Shown here: positions 50,340 to 63,582 of the stretch, one piece after another | Layout: every line of letters begins with the position of its first letter | Position numbering within the stretch: the first letter of the stretch is position 1 | From: Mobula birostris | Lineage: Eukaryota | Length of the DNA: 64,000 bases | Assembly (NCBI RefSeq): GCF_030028105.1 | Contig: NC_092375.1 | Coordinates: 44,181,130-44,245,129 of the forward strand | Direction: 5' to 3' | Position numbers and translations under genes: made by a program | Notes under the pieces: model-generated | What the model was told of the DNA's origin: nothing | Databases searched by the model: none | Seen by the model: the letters and a program-made list of their open reading frames with translations, nothing else

Positions 50340-52160
50340 CTAAGGCAACACACACAAAATGCTGGAGGAAGTCAGCAGGTCAGGCAGCATCCATAGAAAT
50401 GAACAGCCGACATTTTGGGCCAAGACGCTTCCTCAGGACTGGAAAGGAAGCGGGAAGATAACAGAACAAAAAGGGGTGGGGGAGAATAACTAGAAGGTGA
50501 TAGGTGAAGCTAGGTGGGTGGGAAAGGTCAAAGGCTGGAGAAGAAGGACTCTGATAAGAAAGAAGAGTGGACGATAAGAGGAAGTGAAGGAGTAGCACCA
50601 AGGGTGGGGGAGGGGCACGTGGGAAGGTTAAGGGAACGTGAGAAGAGATAAGAGAGTAGAGGCAGAAATAGAAGAGGGAAGTGGGGGGGGGAATTTTTTT
50701 TTTTAACCAAAGCGGAAATCAATATTCAAGCCATCTGGTTGAAGGTCACCCAGATGGAATATTAGATGTTGTCCCTCCGACCTGAGTGTTGCCTCATTGT
50801 GGCACAAGAGGAGACCATGGACCGACATGTTGGAATGGGAATGGGAATCAGAATTAAAATGTTTGGCCACCGTGAATTTCCGCTTTTGCCAGATGGAGTA
50901 TAGGTACTTGACAAAGCAATCCCCCAATGGACAACCCCAGCAGATTCACAGGTGAAGCATTACCACCTTGAAGGACTGTTTGGGGCCCTTAATGGAGGTG
51001 CGGGAGGAGGTGAATGGGTAGGTGTAGTACTTTGGCCGTTTGCAGGGTTCAGTGCCAGGAGGGAGATTAGCAGCGAGGCACGAATGGACGAGAGAATCAT
51101 GGAGGGAGTGATTCCTGTGGAAAGCAGGGGTGGGTGGGAGAGGAGGTCAAGATGTTGGGTGGTAGGATGCCTTTGGAGATGGCTGTAGTTGTGGAGATTG
51201 ATGAGTTGGATGCAGAGGCTAACGGGATGTTAGGGAAGGACAAGAGGAACTCTATCACCGTTAAGGCAGTGGGAAGACGGGGTGAGCATGAATTTTCGAG
51301 AAATGGAGGAGGTGTGAGTGAGGACAACATCAATTGTGGAAGAAGGGAAACCCTGCTCCTAGAGGAAGGATGGCAGCTCTGATGTTCTGGAAAGGAAAGT
51401 TTCATCCTGGGAATAGATGCAGTTGAGAGGAAGGAACTGAGAAAAGGGAATAGCATTTTTGCAGGAGACAGGGTGGGAAGAGGAATAGTCAAGATATTTG
51501 TGGAAACTGGTAGGTTTATAAAAGATGTTAGTCAGCAGTTCATCTCCAGAGATGGAGACAGAGAGCTCGGGAAAGGGGAGGAAGATGTCAGAGATGGGCC
51601 AAGTGAATTTAAGAACAGGGTCGAAGTTGGAGGCAAAGTTGACGAAACTGATGAGTTCAGCATGAATTACTTTTCTATAGATTTGTTAAGTATGTTTGCA
51701 GAAAAAGAATCTCAGGGTTGTAAATGGTGACGTGTGTACTTTGAGGTTTACTTTACTTTACAAAGTTGATGAAATTGACAAGCTCAGCATGAATTACTTT
51801 AAACTTGTCCGAAGCACTGAACAAATTCTGCCATAATTTAGATATTAGGGAGGGAAAAACAATATTTGCAGAACTATTCCCTCAAAATGCTGGAGGAGCT
51901 CAGCAGGCCAGGCAGCATCTATGAAAAAGATTAAATAGTCACGCTTCAGGCCGAGAACCTTCATCAGGACTGGAAAATTATGAGAAGTCAAGGCACCTTC
52001 TTGCTCTGACTTCTCATCTTTCTTTCCCCTGTCCTAATGAAGGGTCTTGGCCTGAAACATCGACTGTACTCTTTTCCATAGATGCTGCCTAGCCTGTTGA
52101 GTTCCTCCAGCATTCTGTGTGTGTTGCTTGGATTTCCAGCATCTGCAGATTTTCTTGTGT
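50340..52160. mobile_element. Penelope-like element remnants and pLTR hairpin in TRIM45 intron
   Basis: PLE C-terminal remnant on the minus strand (50700-51500); inverted pLTR pair at ~51880-52160 with degenerate hammerhead cores. Confidence 0.7.
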
Positions 52161-52308
52161 TAATATTTGCAGATCACTGTTAAGTTTTGATCCCTCGGCT
52201 TATTTACTCACTATTACACAGCCTCTAAATCTGACAATTAATTGCAAATTATTGCAAAAAAAGTGTTGATGAGGCACTATAAGAGACCAGGCATTTTATC
52301 AAGCTCAC

Positions 52309-52435
52309 CTGGCATTGTCCCTTTGCAGCCACAATGGACATCCTTTTGTCCACCACTGGAGCAGAATGTGCAGCAGTGGAATATGCCAACATGCTCACGG
52401 AATTTGCCTTCTACCGTTATGGTGAATGGGGAACC
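52309..52435 (-). CDS. TRIM45: TRIM45 penultimate exon (end of filamin repeat and Cys-rich motif)
   Basis: Acceptor tgttgttttctag|, donor CCAG|gtgagc, 127 nt, phase 0-1. Encodes GSPFTITVEGKFREHVGIFHCCTFCSSGGQKDVHCGCKGTMP. Confidence 0.92.
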
Positions 52436-52505
52436 CTAGAAAACAACAACACTCTATTGAAGTTACATGTACCACAGAAAAATATATATTTTTAGGCTGC
52501 AAATA

Positions 52506-54811
52506 CACTCAGTCGCCACTTTAATAGATAGATCCTATACCTAATCAAGTGGCCACTGAGTGTATGCTTGTGGTCTTCTGCAGCTGTAGCTCGTCCATTT
52601 TAAGGTTTAACATGTTGGGCATTCAAAGATGGCCTTCTGCACACCACTGTTTTAAAGCGTGGTTATTTGAGTTCCTGTCTTCTTCCTCTCAATCTGAACC
52701 AGTCTGGTCATTCTCCTCTGACTTCTCTCATTAAAATGACATTTTGACCCACAGAACTGCTACTCACTGGATGCTTATTTGTTTTCTGAACCGTTCTCTG
52801 TAAACTCTAGAGACTGTTGTGCATGAAAACCAGGAGATCAGTAGTTCTGGGATAGTCAAACTTCCCCATCTGGCATCAACAATCATTCCACGGTCAAAGT
52901 CACCTCGATCACATTTGTAGCCCCAACAATGATTCCCCTTTCGCTGTCCCCTTTGCACTCTCAGTCCGCAGCAGAGACCCACACTGGAATCAGGTTTATC
53001 ATCACCTGCATATGTCATGAAATTTGTTTTTTTCCTTTTGCGGCAGCAGTACAATGCGATACATCAAATTAGTACAGTACTGTGCAAAAGTCTTAGGCAC
53101 CCTAACTATATACTTTTGCAGGAGTATTCAAATTATGTTTGCATATGCTGTACAAGCAGGGACATCCTCCAGCTTCAGATGAAATAAAGGCTGTACAATC
53201 AGAAATCAATGAGGTTGATAAGACTGAGGCAAGTTTTCTGTTAATAAGTCTGAAAGTTGTTGACATCAGATGAAATAATTTCTATACTTTAAGGACAAAG
53301 ACTACTTTAGTCCATGTGTTTAATTTCAGGTATGTGTTGTAACAGTGCAGGCATTATCCACTTAAAATACACTTTGTGGCCACTTTATTAGGTACCTCAT
53401 AAAGTGGCCATTGAGTGTATGTTCACCGTCTTCTGCTGCTGTAGCCCATTCGCTTCAAGGTTCAATGTGTTGTGCATTCAGAAATGCTCTTTTGCACATT
53501 ATCATTGTAACGTGTGATTATTTGAGTTACTGTTGCCTTCCTGTCAGCTTGAACCAGTCTGGCCATTCTCCTCTGACAGTTCTCATTAATAAGGAATATT
53601 CGCCCACAGAGCTGCCACTCGCTGGATGCTTTTTGTTTTTCGCACCATCCTCTGTAAACTCTAGTGATGGGTGTGCATGAAAAGTCCAAAAATAATTCAG
53701 GTAAAGATGGCGCTGGTGAATCAGAGTGAAACTTTACAGGCAGCAAACAAAACCACTAACTATTCTATTCATATTTTACTTCTCATTTTTACTATTCACT
53801 TTTTCTGGACTACGATCACTGCAGTCCACACCCTGTAGTTTCTCTTCGTAGGACCTGGTGATCTTTGCAGTGTCCTGGGGGATTTGGTGGGCTGGACACT
53901 CGAGAGTCCAGGTACGATGGTGTCAGCTATTGCTGCAGCGGAACTGGGGTGGGATCGAAGCAGCAAGGCCTGGGACTGAGAGTGAAAAAACAAACTGATG
54001 CCTGGCCGACATAAGTGCCGAGTGAGATTGGGGCTGACGGTAGAGGTTGACTGCTCCGTTGTTCAGTTCACCGCTCAGTGGGGTTTGCTCGTCTTGGCAC
54101 TGGGCTGACTCTGTAGCTATGGCCTGCAACCATCGGCACTCACCTCAGCGCTGAACTGGCTCTGTGGACGGCTTCTGGACTGGCTTCACTCACCTCAGCG
54201 CTGAACTGGCTCTGTGGACGGCTTCTGGACTGGCTTCACTCACCTCAGCTCTGAACTGGCTCTGTGGACGGCTTCTGGACTGGCTTCACTCACCTCAGCT
54301 CTGAACTGGCTCTGTGGACAGCTTCTGGACTGGCTTCACTCACCTCAGCGCTGAACTGGCTCTGTGGCTGTGAACTCATTTTTGGAGCTCTGCACTTCAC
54401 ATTCTTTGTTATTTGTTTACTTTTTATCATTTGCTCTGTTTACTCTTTTCCTATATACTGGGTGTGTGTGTGTGTTTTTTTAAATGGGTTCTACAGTGTT
54501 TCTTTGTTTTGTGGCTGCCTGTAAGATGACAAATCTCAAGGTTATATAACGTATACATTCTTTGATAATAAATGTACTTTGAACTTTGAATTTTTGAGAT
54601 ACTCAAACCATCCCATCTGGCACCAACAATCATTCCATGGTCAAAGTCACTTAGATCACATTTCTTTCCAATTGTGATGTTTTGTGTGAACAACAACTGA
54701 ACCTCTTGACCATGTCTGCATGCTTATATGCACCAAGTTGTTGCCACATGATTGGCTGGTTAGATACTTGCATTAACAAGCATGTGTACCTATGAAAGTG
54801 GCCTCTGAGTG
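52506..54811. mobile_element. Cluster of Tc1-like MITE fragments with other nested insertions
   Basis: Repeated cactcagtggccactttatt / aaagtggccactgagtg TIR sequences at ~52506, ~53370 and ~54800. Confidence 0.65.
54137..54367. repeat. 50-bp tandem repeat, ~4.6 copies
   Basis: Unit cactcacctcagcgctgaactggctctgtggacggcttctggactggctt starts at 54137, 54187, 54237, 54287 and 54337. Confidence 0.95.
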
Positions 54812-56118
54812 CAAAGTACATTCCGATTACAACAGTGCAGAGAATGATGTAAACAAAAGGGAAAACCATCAAGCTGCTGGTGGAGCTCAGTGGATCAGAC
54901 AGCTGTAGAGGGAAATGGATAGTGGATGTTTTTTGTTCCGGGTTCCAGCATCTGTAGTCAACTATGTTTCCCATACGTGAACATAACTGATCTTCAGCAT
55001 GCTGATTACCTGAGTGGATCTGAAACCTTTGGATGTGTCAGAAGTAATACTTTCAATTTTAGTAAATGAATAGGAGATGCAAGGAATTCCAGATGCTGGA
55101 ATTTGGAGAAACACACAATCCGCTGGCAGAACTCGGCATCCACGGGAGGAAAAGACATGCTGACATTTCAGATTAAAATCGTGTACTGGAGCTGAGATCG
55201 GAGACGGACGATTGCCATTACAAAGGGATGGGGGGTGATGTTGAGACAGGGGACAAAAGATGATTGCTAAACTGTGGATCAGTGAAGAATGAGGGGTAGA
55301 TGGAGCCAGGTCAGAGAGAGGGATGGGTGGAGTTAAGAGATAGAAGCAGATGGAGCCAGGTGGAGGAAGGGAAGGGTGAAGGCAGGGAGTGCTGCTAGGG
55401 GATAATAAGTGGGAACTAGTGCTGCTATGTGATAGGTAAGGAATGAGATAATAGCAATCAGTGGGAAAGAAACTGATAATGGAACCAGAAGAGGGAAAGA
55501 GGGCCCTGATGAGTCAAATAAGTGAGTGGACTCTGAAGGGGTAAAGGGACTCATTCACTCAGCTGTTTTTTTTTCTGTAAACTAACATAATGTGTGCAAT
55601 CTGCTCTCAGCAGCTTTACACAAGAACAACTTTTGGAACAATCTGAAACAGGCCAGGAAATTAATGCCTGGAAGGATAAAATGCAGGATACATTTAAACA
55701 GAGGTTCCAAGATATTTCATGTTATTTGGTTTTGCAGAAATAAAAAAAAACTAGATTCTTTTCATGATGAGAGAAGCACCTTTTACTTGGAGGAAGGAGA
55801 AGTCTAGCTTCCTTTTTTTTAAAAAAAAACACCCACTTCAGTGAAAGAGTGATTTTGAGGACAGGATCTAGTTCAGAATAACACTACTGTAAATTCCAAT
55901 GTCCAGCTTACATTATTACACTGTAGTCAGTGGAAAAACTTTGGATGTGTACATAATGTGATGGTCAGGAGCAAGAAGGCATCTCATTTTCAGATAGAGA
56001 GAAACATTAATACTTAGTCCGTTTTCAAATCCATTCCACAAAAGCAGAATGCAAGCTGTTTTATGCAACATCAAGATAATTTGAAACCTTTATATCACTT
56101 ATACCAGTCTTGACCCAC

Positions 56119-56230
56119 CTGTACATGCTGTCCACTTACACAGACCCACGCCACATACGAGCCTGACATCTGAGGTGTATATATAATTCGATAAGTTCCA
56201 TCATGATTATCTTGCAGTGTTGTTTTGATA
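56119..56230 (-). CDS. TRIM45: TRIM45 filamin-repeat exon
   Basis: Acceptor tttcaatccacag|, donor CAG|gtgggt, 112 nt, phase 2-0. Encodes (C)IKTTLQDNHDGTYRIIYTPQMSGSYVAWVCVSGQHVQ, with the filamin motif DNxDGTYxxxYTP. Confidence 0.92.
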
Positions 56231-57094
56231 CTGTGGATTGAAATAATAGATGACCAGCATATTCAGAGTAAATACTTTCAGTGAAGCAATGGATTACTGT
56301 TGAGGTGTCCCTCTTTCCAAACCAGAGATGAAAATGCTGATTCTGATGCAAGCGGATACAAGAATTAGTACAAATACTGTCAAATTTTCAGTGAAAGCAT
56401 ATAAAGAAATCTTAGTCATAGAGTAATACAGTATGGAATTAGGCCCTGCAGAAAGATGCTCACAGGTTCGAAGAACTGTCTTAAAGTATTGGAGGCAATG
56501 TTTCATTTTTCATCAATCCTTACTGGAAATGAGTGGCAAGGTATTTGAGAGTTAACTATAATGGTGAGTTTGAAGTCATGCATTGGCCGAACTAGGTGGG
56601 AACAAAGTGACAATGGCAGGGACGATTACAATGTTTAAAAGCTATTTGGACACTTAGATGGATGGGAGAGGTTTTGAGAGATATGGGTCAAATATAGGCA
56701 AATGGAATTAGTGTAGATAGGGAGTTAGGTTGGGATGGAAAAGTTGAGCTAAAGGGTTTGTGAACAACTCTATGATGGGATTCTTCTCCTGAAGGACAGT
56801 AGAGAACCAGATGGGGTTTGCACTCATCTGCATCATTATTAACGCCTAACTTTTTTTTTCAAATCCCAAATTATTAACTGAATATTAACTAACTGCTACC
56901 ATAGTGGTACGGGTCTAGCAAGTTAACTATTGCAAATATAAAAATCAGAATCAAATTAACCTAATTTATATTTGGGAATGGAAGTTACATTAATTAACTA
57001 CTCACCCAAGTTTAAACTGCTTAAAATAGCAAGACACCTACAGTTTATTAGAGATGAATTTACCTTCCTGCTCACTTTCTTGCAAGTTACCCAC

Positions 57095-57224
57095 CATTCT
57101 TTTTTATTCTTATTGAAGATGCTCACTCGAATAGATTCACTTCCCCTTCCCATCTTCTGGCCTGATTGGTCATTGCAGACTAGTGTGAAAGTACTTGGTT
57201 GGTCTTGTTGAGCCACATGGAGAC
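57095..57224 (-). CDS. TRIM45: TRIM45 exon starting the filamin repeat (upstream RING/B-box/coiled-coil exons lie outside the window)
   Basis: Acceptor tgctgtcgttcag|, donor GAATG|gtgggt, 130 nt, phase 1-2. Encodes (G)LHVAQQDQPSTFTLVCNDQSGQKMGRGSESIRVSIFNKNKKE. Confidence 0.9.
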
Positions 57225-58105
57225 CTGAACGACAGCAAATTGGACACAAGTTACACAACTTGAAAGCAACGCCCAACCTTAAACCACTTATTCTTACTAC
57301 TTAAACAATGAGAAATCTGCATTTCATTAGTGTAATTTAATGCTCAGTGTGAAGCAAATTTGATCCAAGCCATTAAACACAGCCCATACTTCTCTCTGGG
57401 ACGTGCTGTGATCTGTACAGTGTCAGTACGCAGCCCAGCAAAAACCAGAAGCTTCTTCTTGCAAGTCAAAGGACACTAAAAAGTAAGTTAAAAGGCGGCT
57501 AACAATTCTTCTGAAAGACAAAAATAATCTCTATTTCTGCTTTCCCACACAGGGAGCTCGTGTTCGTAAACAGCACCACTTATTCTGCTCTGTTTCATTT
57601 TGCACCTTAACACCGAGATGAACCGACAGCACAGGAGACTGTCCCACATTTGTCCAGTAGGGACATATCCAGCTTCTACTCCACCACAATAAATAGCAAA
57701 TTGAAATGACGGGCTGCAATGTGCAAGAGTTCAATTCAACATTTAAAACCTTCTCCCAAGCCCTCACATTTAACGGCCACAAAGCAGTCACCATACTGGA
57801 TGGGATGAGTGCACTGTGACCCAGAAATGAGCAGATATCTCAGCTCATATATTATAAACTCTAACTAGGGCACACAATTTCTGAAGTCCCACTTAACTTG
57901 AGGATGGAAGAAATAAGTAAGGAAGTTTATGGCTTCAAAAAGCTGGAGTGCTAATTACCTTGAGCACAGGTGTAAAAATCTGTCAATTTTGATATCAAAT
58001 GAGAAACAATCTCATTAATCTCATGAGAGCTCATTAACCTCAGTCACTTAATGGTTTTACAGGAATTAATTCAGGATAAGACTGACATTAATTCTGGATA
58101 CATAG

Positions 58106-58911
58106 TGTCATGTGTGACGCCAAGCAGAGCTACCGGACGGATGATCCTAATGAGAGAGAGAACGGAAGACAATGGAGAAACATTAAAAATGCTAATAAGA
58201 GAGAAGAGAGAGATTAACGAGAAAGAAACACAATTCAGATATTGACAGACCATTTGCTTTGAACCTGAACTGTTTGAAGTCTGATGGACAGGTGATACCC
58301 CAGCAGGGGGATAAAAGGAGCAGGTTTGCTAAGGCACGACAGGCCACGAGACCCTGGAAAGAGCAGTGTGCCCCCACAAGTTGGTGGTAGTTTGGAGGAC
58401 CGGTTCGCGGGAATCGGTCAGAGGCTCACAGGGTGTAAAGGTACGATCGGTGGGAACCTGGGGTGTGTGTCCGCCCTTGCCTGGGTGCCGGGTTCACCGC
58501 GGAAGAACGATCGTATCCGGAACGGAGGGGTCACAGTCGGTGATCACAGCGGGATCAGAAGACATCAAAAGGTCTGCCCGAAACCAACTGCATCTCTCAC
58601 TCTCTCTCTCTCTCCCCAACGGTACAACAACAGCGATTACTTCGAACTGCACTAAACTGAACTGAACTCTGCTTCACTTAAGACTGATCATTTTACCCCT
58701 AGACTGCGATAGAGCTTGGTTGATTCCTATTACCCTATTTCTGTGTATATGTGGGTATTATCATTGCTAACCTGTTACATTTATATCCTTGCGATTAGTG
58801 TGCTGTATTACTTATTTCTTTAACAAAACTTTATTAGTTCCTAGTAATCACAGACTCCAATGAGCGTTCCATTTCTGCTGGTTTGGCAACCCAGTTACGG
58901 GGTATGTAACG
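58106..58911 (+). repeat. 5' LTR
   Basis: Direct repeat of 62789-63582; about 5% substitutions by eye over the first ~300 nt, plus small indels. Confidence 0.92.
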
Positions 58912-58915
58912 TAAG

Positions 58916-58936
58916 TGGGGATCTCATCTGGGATTT
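58916..58936 (+). other. Primer-binding site, tRNA-Pro-like (degenerate)
   Basis: TGGGGATCTCATCTGGGATTT resembles TGGGGGCTCGTCCGGGATTT, the complement of the tRNA-Pro 3' end, just after the 5' LTR. Confidence 0.65.
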
Positions 58937-61900
58937 TGAATGCCAAAATTGGTACTGGGTAAATTGATTGGGTTAAAATTCCCGAAAGAAAAAAAAGGGC
59001 AAACAGCAGAAATGGAGATTGTGGAATTTCTAAAGGCGCCAACCTTGGAGGCATTAGAGGATGCCAGGAAATCAGAATTGGTGACTATTGCCAAACGGTT
59101 GAATCTTTTTAAGGGGAAGCCGACAACGAGGAGAGCGGAGATGCACAGAGCTATCGTTGAGCATTATGTATCTAAAGGTGTGTTTCCCCACGGGGAGCTG
59201 GAGGTGGTGTCTATGAGCAGACCTGGTGGAGAGACCGTGCAGCTGCAGATGGAAAAATTAAGACTCGAGCACGAGTTCCTAGTAAAGCAATTAGAACGAG
59301 AAGAGAAGCAGCTAGAACGGGAAGAGAGAGAGAAGCAGAAGGAAAGGGAGTTTGAGCTGGAGAAGTTAAGGATGACGCTAGAGAGGGGCCAAATGCCCAA
59401 TCAAGGTGGAGGGTTCAGGGCGACCCAGGAGGTTAGGTTGGTTCCCCCATTTGAGGAGGCCAATGTTGATCGGTACTTTCTACATTTTGAAAAAGTCACT
59501 GCAAGTCAGGACTGGCCGAGGGATAAGTGGGCTGTTTTGCTTCAGAGCGTACTTAAGGGGAAGGCTCGACAAGCTTACTCAGTGTTGTCAGCTGAAGATG
59601 CCCAGAGGTATGATGTGGTGAAAGAGGCTATACTCAGGATTTATGAGTTGGTCCTGGAGGCATACCGGCAAAGGTTCCATAATGTGAGGAAGCAGTGGGG
59701 CGGCATGTATTTAGAGTTTGCCCGTGAGATGCAGATGTATTGTGAGCATTGGTGTGCCTCGAAAGGGGTCACTGGGAATTATGACAGACTGCTACAGCTA
59801 ATACTGATTGAGCAATTTAAAGGTTGTGTCCCTGAAGGTATGAGGCCCTATCTAGATGAGAAAGAGGCAGAAACCTTAGCCGCAACTGCTAAGTTAGTGG
59901 ATGAGTACGCGTTGACACACAAAGCAAAGTTTACCCGGAGTAAGCTACCAGAAGGGTAGTCGAGAGGGCGGAGAAAGTCCACCGGAAAAGCCAGGAAATA
60001 AGCCGGGGATTAGTGAGAAGGATAAGGAAGACAGGAAGCAGTTTGGTAGGAAGTCTCCTGGGGTCGTATGCTATAACTGTGGTAAAGCCAGTCACATTGC
60101 GTCCAGGTGTTTTGCCCCAAAGAAGGAGGCAGGGAAAGGAAAAACAACTACTCCAACTGGCTGTATTGAGCCGGCAAACAAACCGCTAGGGGAGAAGAGG
60201 TCTGATAGAGTTCAGGAAGGGCATGAGAAGTTTATTTCGGCTGGATTGGTGTCGGTGAAGGAGGGATCAACCCCAGTTCCAGTACGGATCTGGAGAGACA
60301 CTGGGGCTTGTCGGTCATTGATCTTAAGGAGGGTGTTATACTTTAGTGTAGAGACCAAGACTGAGGAGGTCAGCATGATAAAAGGCATTGGGAAGGGGAC
60401 TGAAGCAGTACCTTTGCACCAGATACACCTAAAAAGTGACTTGGTCTCCGGACCGGTCACGATAGGGGTGAGGCCGAAATTACCGATGGAAGACGTGGAG
60501 GTCTTACTTGGTAACGACCTTGCAGGTGGAGATGTGTACCCAGCAGTAAAGCTGACGAGCAAGCCTGCCAGGACTGAGGACCCGCTCGTGAACTCACAGA
60601 TTTATCCCGTTTGCGCAGTAACTCGGCGCATGTCGAGAAAAGCTGCCAAAGCGAATGCAGATTTAGCCGAGACGTTTTTACCAGCCTTGTACCAGGAGGG
60701 GTTAGAAAGTGAGAAGAGTGAGCATAGTGGAGTGGAAGGAAGTGAAGGAGTCGAGGCAGATTTATCATTAGCGAGGAAGGAATTTATACAGGCACAGGAA
60801 CGAGACGAGGAGCTGATGGTTTTGACGAAGACAGTTCTCTCCGAAGCAGAAATAAAAAGGGAACCAGTGGGCTATTATGTGAAGGAGGGAGTACTGATGA
60901 GGAAGTGGAGACCAAGTACTGTGCCTGCAGATGAGGAGTGGGGGGTGGTACACCACGTGGTAGTGCTGAAAATTTATAGGGACGAGATTTTTAACCTGGC
61001 CCACAAGATACCCCTCAGTGGACATTTTGGGGTGAGGAAAACAGTCGATAGAATTAAGAAAGAGTTTTACTGGCCGAACATGAGGAAGGATATTATTGAG
61101 TATTGTAGAGGTAAGCCGACACAGTTAATGCATATTAATATGTTAAAAGCTTACCACGATCAGAAAGCAGATCTAGTCAGTGTTATCACAAAAATAAATG
61201 AGGCTAGGGTGCCAAATGATAAGGGAAAAATCCATCTTGAAAAGATAAATATGGTGCCAACCAGATTGGAGAACTCTATTGTTTTGGCCAACTTTGCTGA
61301 TAAGGTCTCTCACTTAACCCCTGAACAGAGCGAGCCGCTGATAAAGCTAATTAACCGGCACGCAGATGTATGTCCGGATGTCCCGAGGCGATGCAAGGGG
61401 ATGGTACATGATGTTGTTGTCACATCAGATCAGCCTATTAAGCAACACCCCTATAGGATGAACTTGGAGAAGGGCAATCTAGTGGAGAAAGAGATTGAAC
61501 ACATGCTAGCCACAGGTATTATTAGGCCATCCAAATCGGAATGGGCTTCTCCCTGTGTGGTTGTCCCGAAACCCGATGGGAGCATATGGTTCTGTACAGA
61601 TTACAGAAAGGTGAACGCCATCACAAAAACTGATGCTTACCCCATCCAAAGGGTAGACGATTGCATCGATAAAGTGGGGAGAGCTAAGTACATCACAAAG
61701 TTCGATTTGCTGAAAGGGTACTGGTGTGTTCCTTTAACCGACCTCAGCATTTGTCACTCCATCCGGGTTATACGAGTATAGTGTTTTACCTTTTGGCATG
61801 AAGAACACCCCAGGGACCTTCCAAAGGATGATTAATTCAGTGATAAAAAGGTTAAAGGACACAGAAGCGTATATTGACGATTTAGTGGTCTGGAGTGACA

Positions 61901-62788
61901 CGTGGGAGGAGCACATTGTGGCAGTAGAGGAACTGTTTAAATGGCTGTCTGAAGCCAACCTGACAGTGAACCTCGCGAAAAGTGAGTTCGGCCACGCTAA
62001 GGTCACTTATCTGAGGTATGTGGTAGGACAGGGGCAGCTGGCACTGATGCAGGCTAAGGTGCAGGCTATCTCTGAAGTTCCCATCCCGACGGACAAGAGA
62101 GCCCTGAGAAGGTTCTTGGGGATGGTGGGGTATTATCGGAAGTTTTGCAAAAACTTTGCGGATATTACCCTCCCTCTTACTAAGCTCTTGCCGAAGAATG
62201 CGAAGTTTGTGTGGAATGACCTTTGTCAACAAGCCTTCGAGAGTCTGAAAGCGATTCTGTGTCACTACCCTGTACTGAATGCGCCTGACTTTTCAAAACC
62301 CTTCTCCCTAGCAACAGATGCTAGCGACAAAGCCGCAGGGGCGGTGCTGTTGCAGACAGACAAAAAGGAAATTGAACACCCAGTGGCTTATTTTTCTAAG
62401 AAGTTTAATGTCCATCAGAGAAATTATTCCACTGTGGAGAAGGAATTACTGGCAATCATACTAGCATTACAACATTTTGAGGTTTATTTGTCTGGCACAG
62501 AAACCACTGATAATTTACACTGATCACAATCCATTAGCGTTTTTGGCCACAATGAAGGATAAAAACAAACGCTTATTAAGTTGGAGCCTGGTATTACAGG
62601 AATTTGATATTAAGATAAAACATAAAAGGAACTGACAATGTGATTGCTGATTGTCTATCAAGGTGTTAAAACTTGGTTCTCTGTATTAGCTGAATAGCTG
62701 ATGACTACCTGTATATTAGGGTGCATCTTATAATGTGCATTCATGCCCATAATTTTTACCCCAGTAAAAATCCTTTTAAGGGTGGTGG

Positions 62789-63582
62789 TGTCATGTGTGA
62801 CGCCAAGCAGAGCTACCGGACAGATGATGCTAATGAGAGAGATAACGGAAGACAATGGAGAAACATTAAAAATGCTAATAAGAGAGAGATTAACATGAAA
62901 GAAACACAATTCAGATATTGACAGACCATTTGCTTTGAACCTGAACTGTTTGAAGTTTGATGCACAGGTGATACCCCAGCAGGGGGACAAAAAGAGCAGG
63001 TTTGCTAAGGCACGACACGCCACGAGACCCTGGAAAGAACAGTGTGCCCCCACAAGTAGGTGGGAGTTTGGAGGACCAGTTCGCGGGAATTGGTCAGAGG
63101 CTCACAGGGTGTAAAGGTACGATCGGTGGGAACCTGGGGTGTGTGTCTGCCCCTGCCTGGGTGCTGGGTTCACCGCGGAAGAACGATAGTGTCCGGAATG
63201 GAGGGGTCACAGTCGGTGACCACAGCGGGATCAGAAGACATCAAAAGTTCTGCCTGAAACCAACTGCATCTCTCTCTCTCCCCCCGCAACGGTACAACAA
63301 CAGCGATTACTTCGAACTGCATTCAACTGAACTGAACTCTGTTTCACTTAAGACTGATCATTTTACCCCTAGACTGCGATAGAGCTTGGTTGATTCCTAT
63401 TACCCTATTTCTGTGTATATGTGTGTATTATCATTGCTAACCTGTTACATTTATATCCTTGCGATTAGTGTACTGTATTATTTATGTCTTTAATAAAACT
63501 TTATTAGTTCCTAGTAATCACAGACTCCCAACAAGCGTTCCATTTCTGCTGGTTTGGCCACCCAGTTACGGGGTACGTAACA
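62789..63582 (+). repeat. 3' LTR
   Basis: Preceded by aagggtggtgg (PPT); ends ...gtaaca followed by TSD atag. Confidence 0.92.

Larger units (their letters stand above)
58106..63582 (+). mobile_element. Complete-ended Gmr1-type Ty3/Gypsy LTR retrotransposon (defective) in a TRIM45 intron
   Basis: LTRs 58106-58911 and 62789-63582 (TG...CA at the outer ends), 4-bp TSD ATAG (58102-58105, 63583-63586), purine tract before the 3' LTR. Gag with SCAN-like region and CYNCGKASHIASRC; protease DTG; integrase remnant; then RT (YIDD) and RNase H (TDASD). Confidence 0.93.

Noticed and set aside
52329-52421. Plus-strand exon-like segment containing VEYANM
   Set aside because: It is the antisense of the real TRIM45 exon 52309-52435.
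54137-54367. CRISPR-like array
   Set aside because: Head-to-tail units with no unique spacers, in a vertebrate genome with no cas genes.
57421-57610. Plus-strand two-exon reading CQYAAQQ...STTYSALFHFAP* with a 70-nt GT-AG intron, ITIM-like motif and AATAAA
   Set aside because: It lies antisense within a TRIM45 intron, no upstream TM or Ig exons were found, and another frame is equally open; probably chance.
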